Shown here: one piece after another, positions 35,364 to 35,815 of the stretch
How positions within the stretch are numbered: the first letter of the stretch is position 1
Layout: the number at the start of each line of letters is the position of its first letter
Assembly (NCBI RefSeq): GCF_006345805.1
Contig: NW_021824651.1
Span: 1-35,815 of the forward strand
From: Octopus sinensis
Taxonomy: Eukaryota
Reading direction: 5' to 3'
DNA length: 35,815 nucleotides
Notes under the pieces: generated by a model
Told to the model about the DNA's origin: nothing
The model's database searches: none
Seen by the model: only the letters and a program-made list of their open reading frames with translations
Program-made: the position numbers and the translations under genes

Positions 35364-35567
35364 TTGCCAGACGCCGAGGTGAAGATCATTGCCGGTAAAC
35401 CAGGCGAAGCAATCGTCCATGCTTCACAAGAGGAACAGGCGCATCTGATCGTGACGGGTACACGAGGCCTGGGTACCATTCGACGTACCCTCGTCGGTAG
35501 TGTTAGCGATTATGTGTTACACCATGCAAACGTTCCCGTCTTGATCTGTCGACATAAATCCCATTAA
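35364..35567 (+). CDS. Universal stress protein, last coding exon
   Basis: Acceptor tctttgctttcAG at 35362-35363. Reads LPDAEVKIIAGKPGEAIVHASQEEQAHLIVTGTRGLGTIRRTLVGSVSDYVLHHANVPVLICRHKSH*. Contains the ATP-binding USP motif G-2x-G-9x-G-S (GTRG-LGTIRRTLV-GS) and the typical C-terminal HHAxVPVL. Confidence 0.93.
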   Translation: MPDAEVKIIAGKPGEAIVHASQEEQAHLIVTGTRGLGTIRRTLVGSVSDYVLHHANVPVLICRHKSH

Positions 35568-35610
35568 CTACACCAGCAGCAAGAACAACAACAACAATGA
35601 TAACAATAAC

Positions 35611-35652
<42 letters not shown>

Positions 35653-35815
35653 CACAACAACAACAATAACAATATTAGTGAACAAGGGTGGGTCAAACTT
35701 CAAATTTGAACCCGCACCCGCCTAATGTACAATTGTAGCTATAAAACAGACAATAGAGAAACAAAAAAGAAAAAAATATTTGGCCCTTCTTAATTGAGGC
35801 TTCCTGTTAATTATC

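Overview
Repeat-saturated animal genomic DNA, most likely octopus (inferred from recognising its tRNA-derived SINE families; no database search was run). About 35 kb holds one well-supported gene: a + strand universal stress protein (USP) with three coding exons recovered by eye (6340-6423, 34033-34139, 35364-35567). The splice phases match, and there is a 27.6-kb intron. The first exon was not found and is probably upstream. Nearly all ORF-track entries are microsatellite or SINE artefacts. The intronic space holds four SINE families (with modular chimeras and tandem multimers), CR1/L2-type LINE 3' remnants, an R4/Dong-type retrotransposon end inserted in (TAA)n, and three non-autonomous Helitron copies. 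The most striking feature is a 506-bp near-perfect palindrome (28868-29373) carrying a complete type I hammerhead ribozyme motif on each strand. Several other, unrelated, degraded hammerhead-like cassettes sit next to (TA)n tracts. SINE coordinates are approximate unless a target-site duplication (TSD) is quoted.
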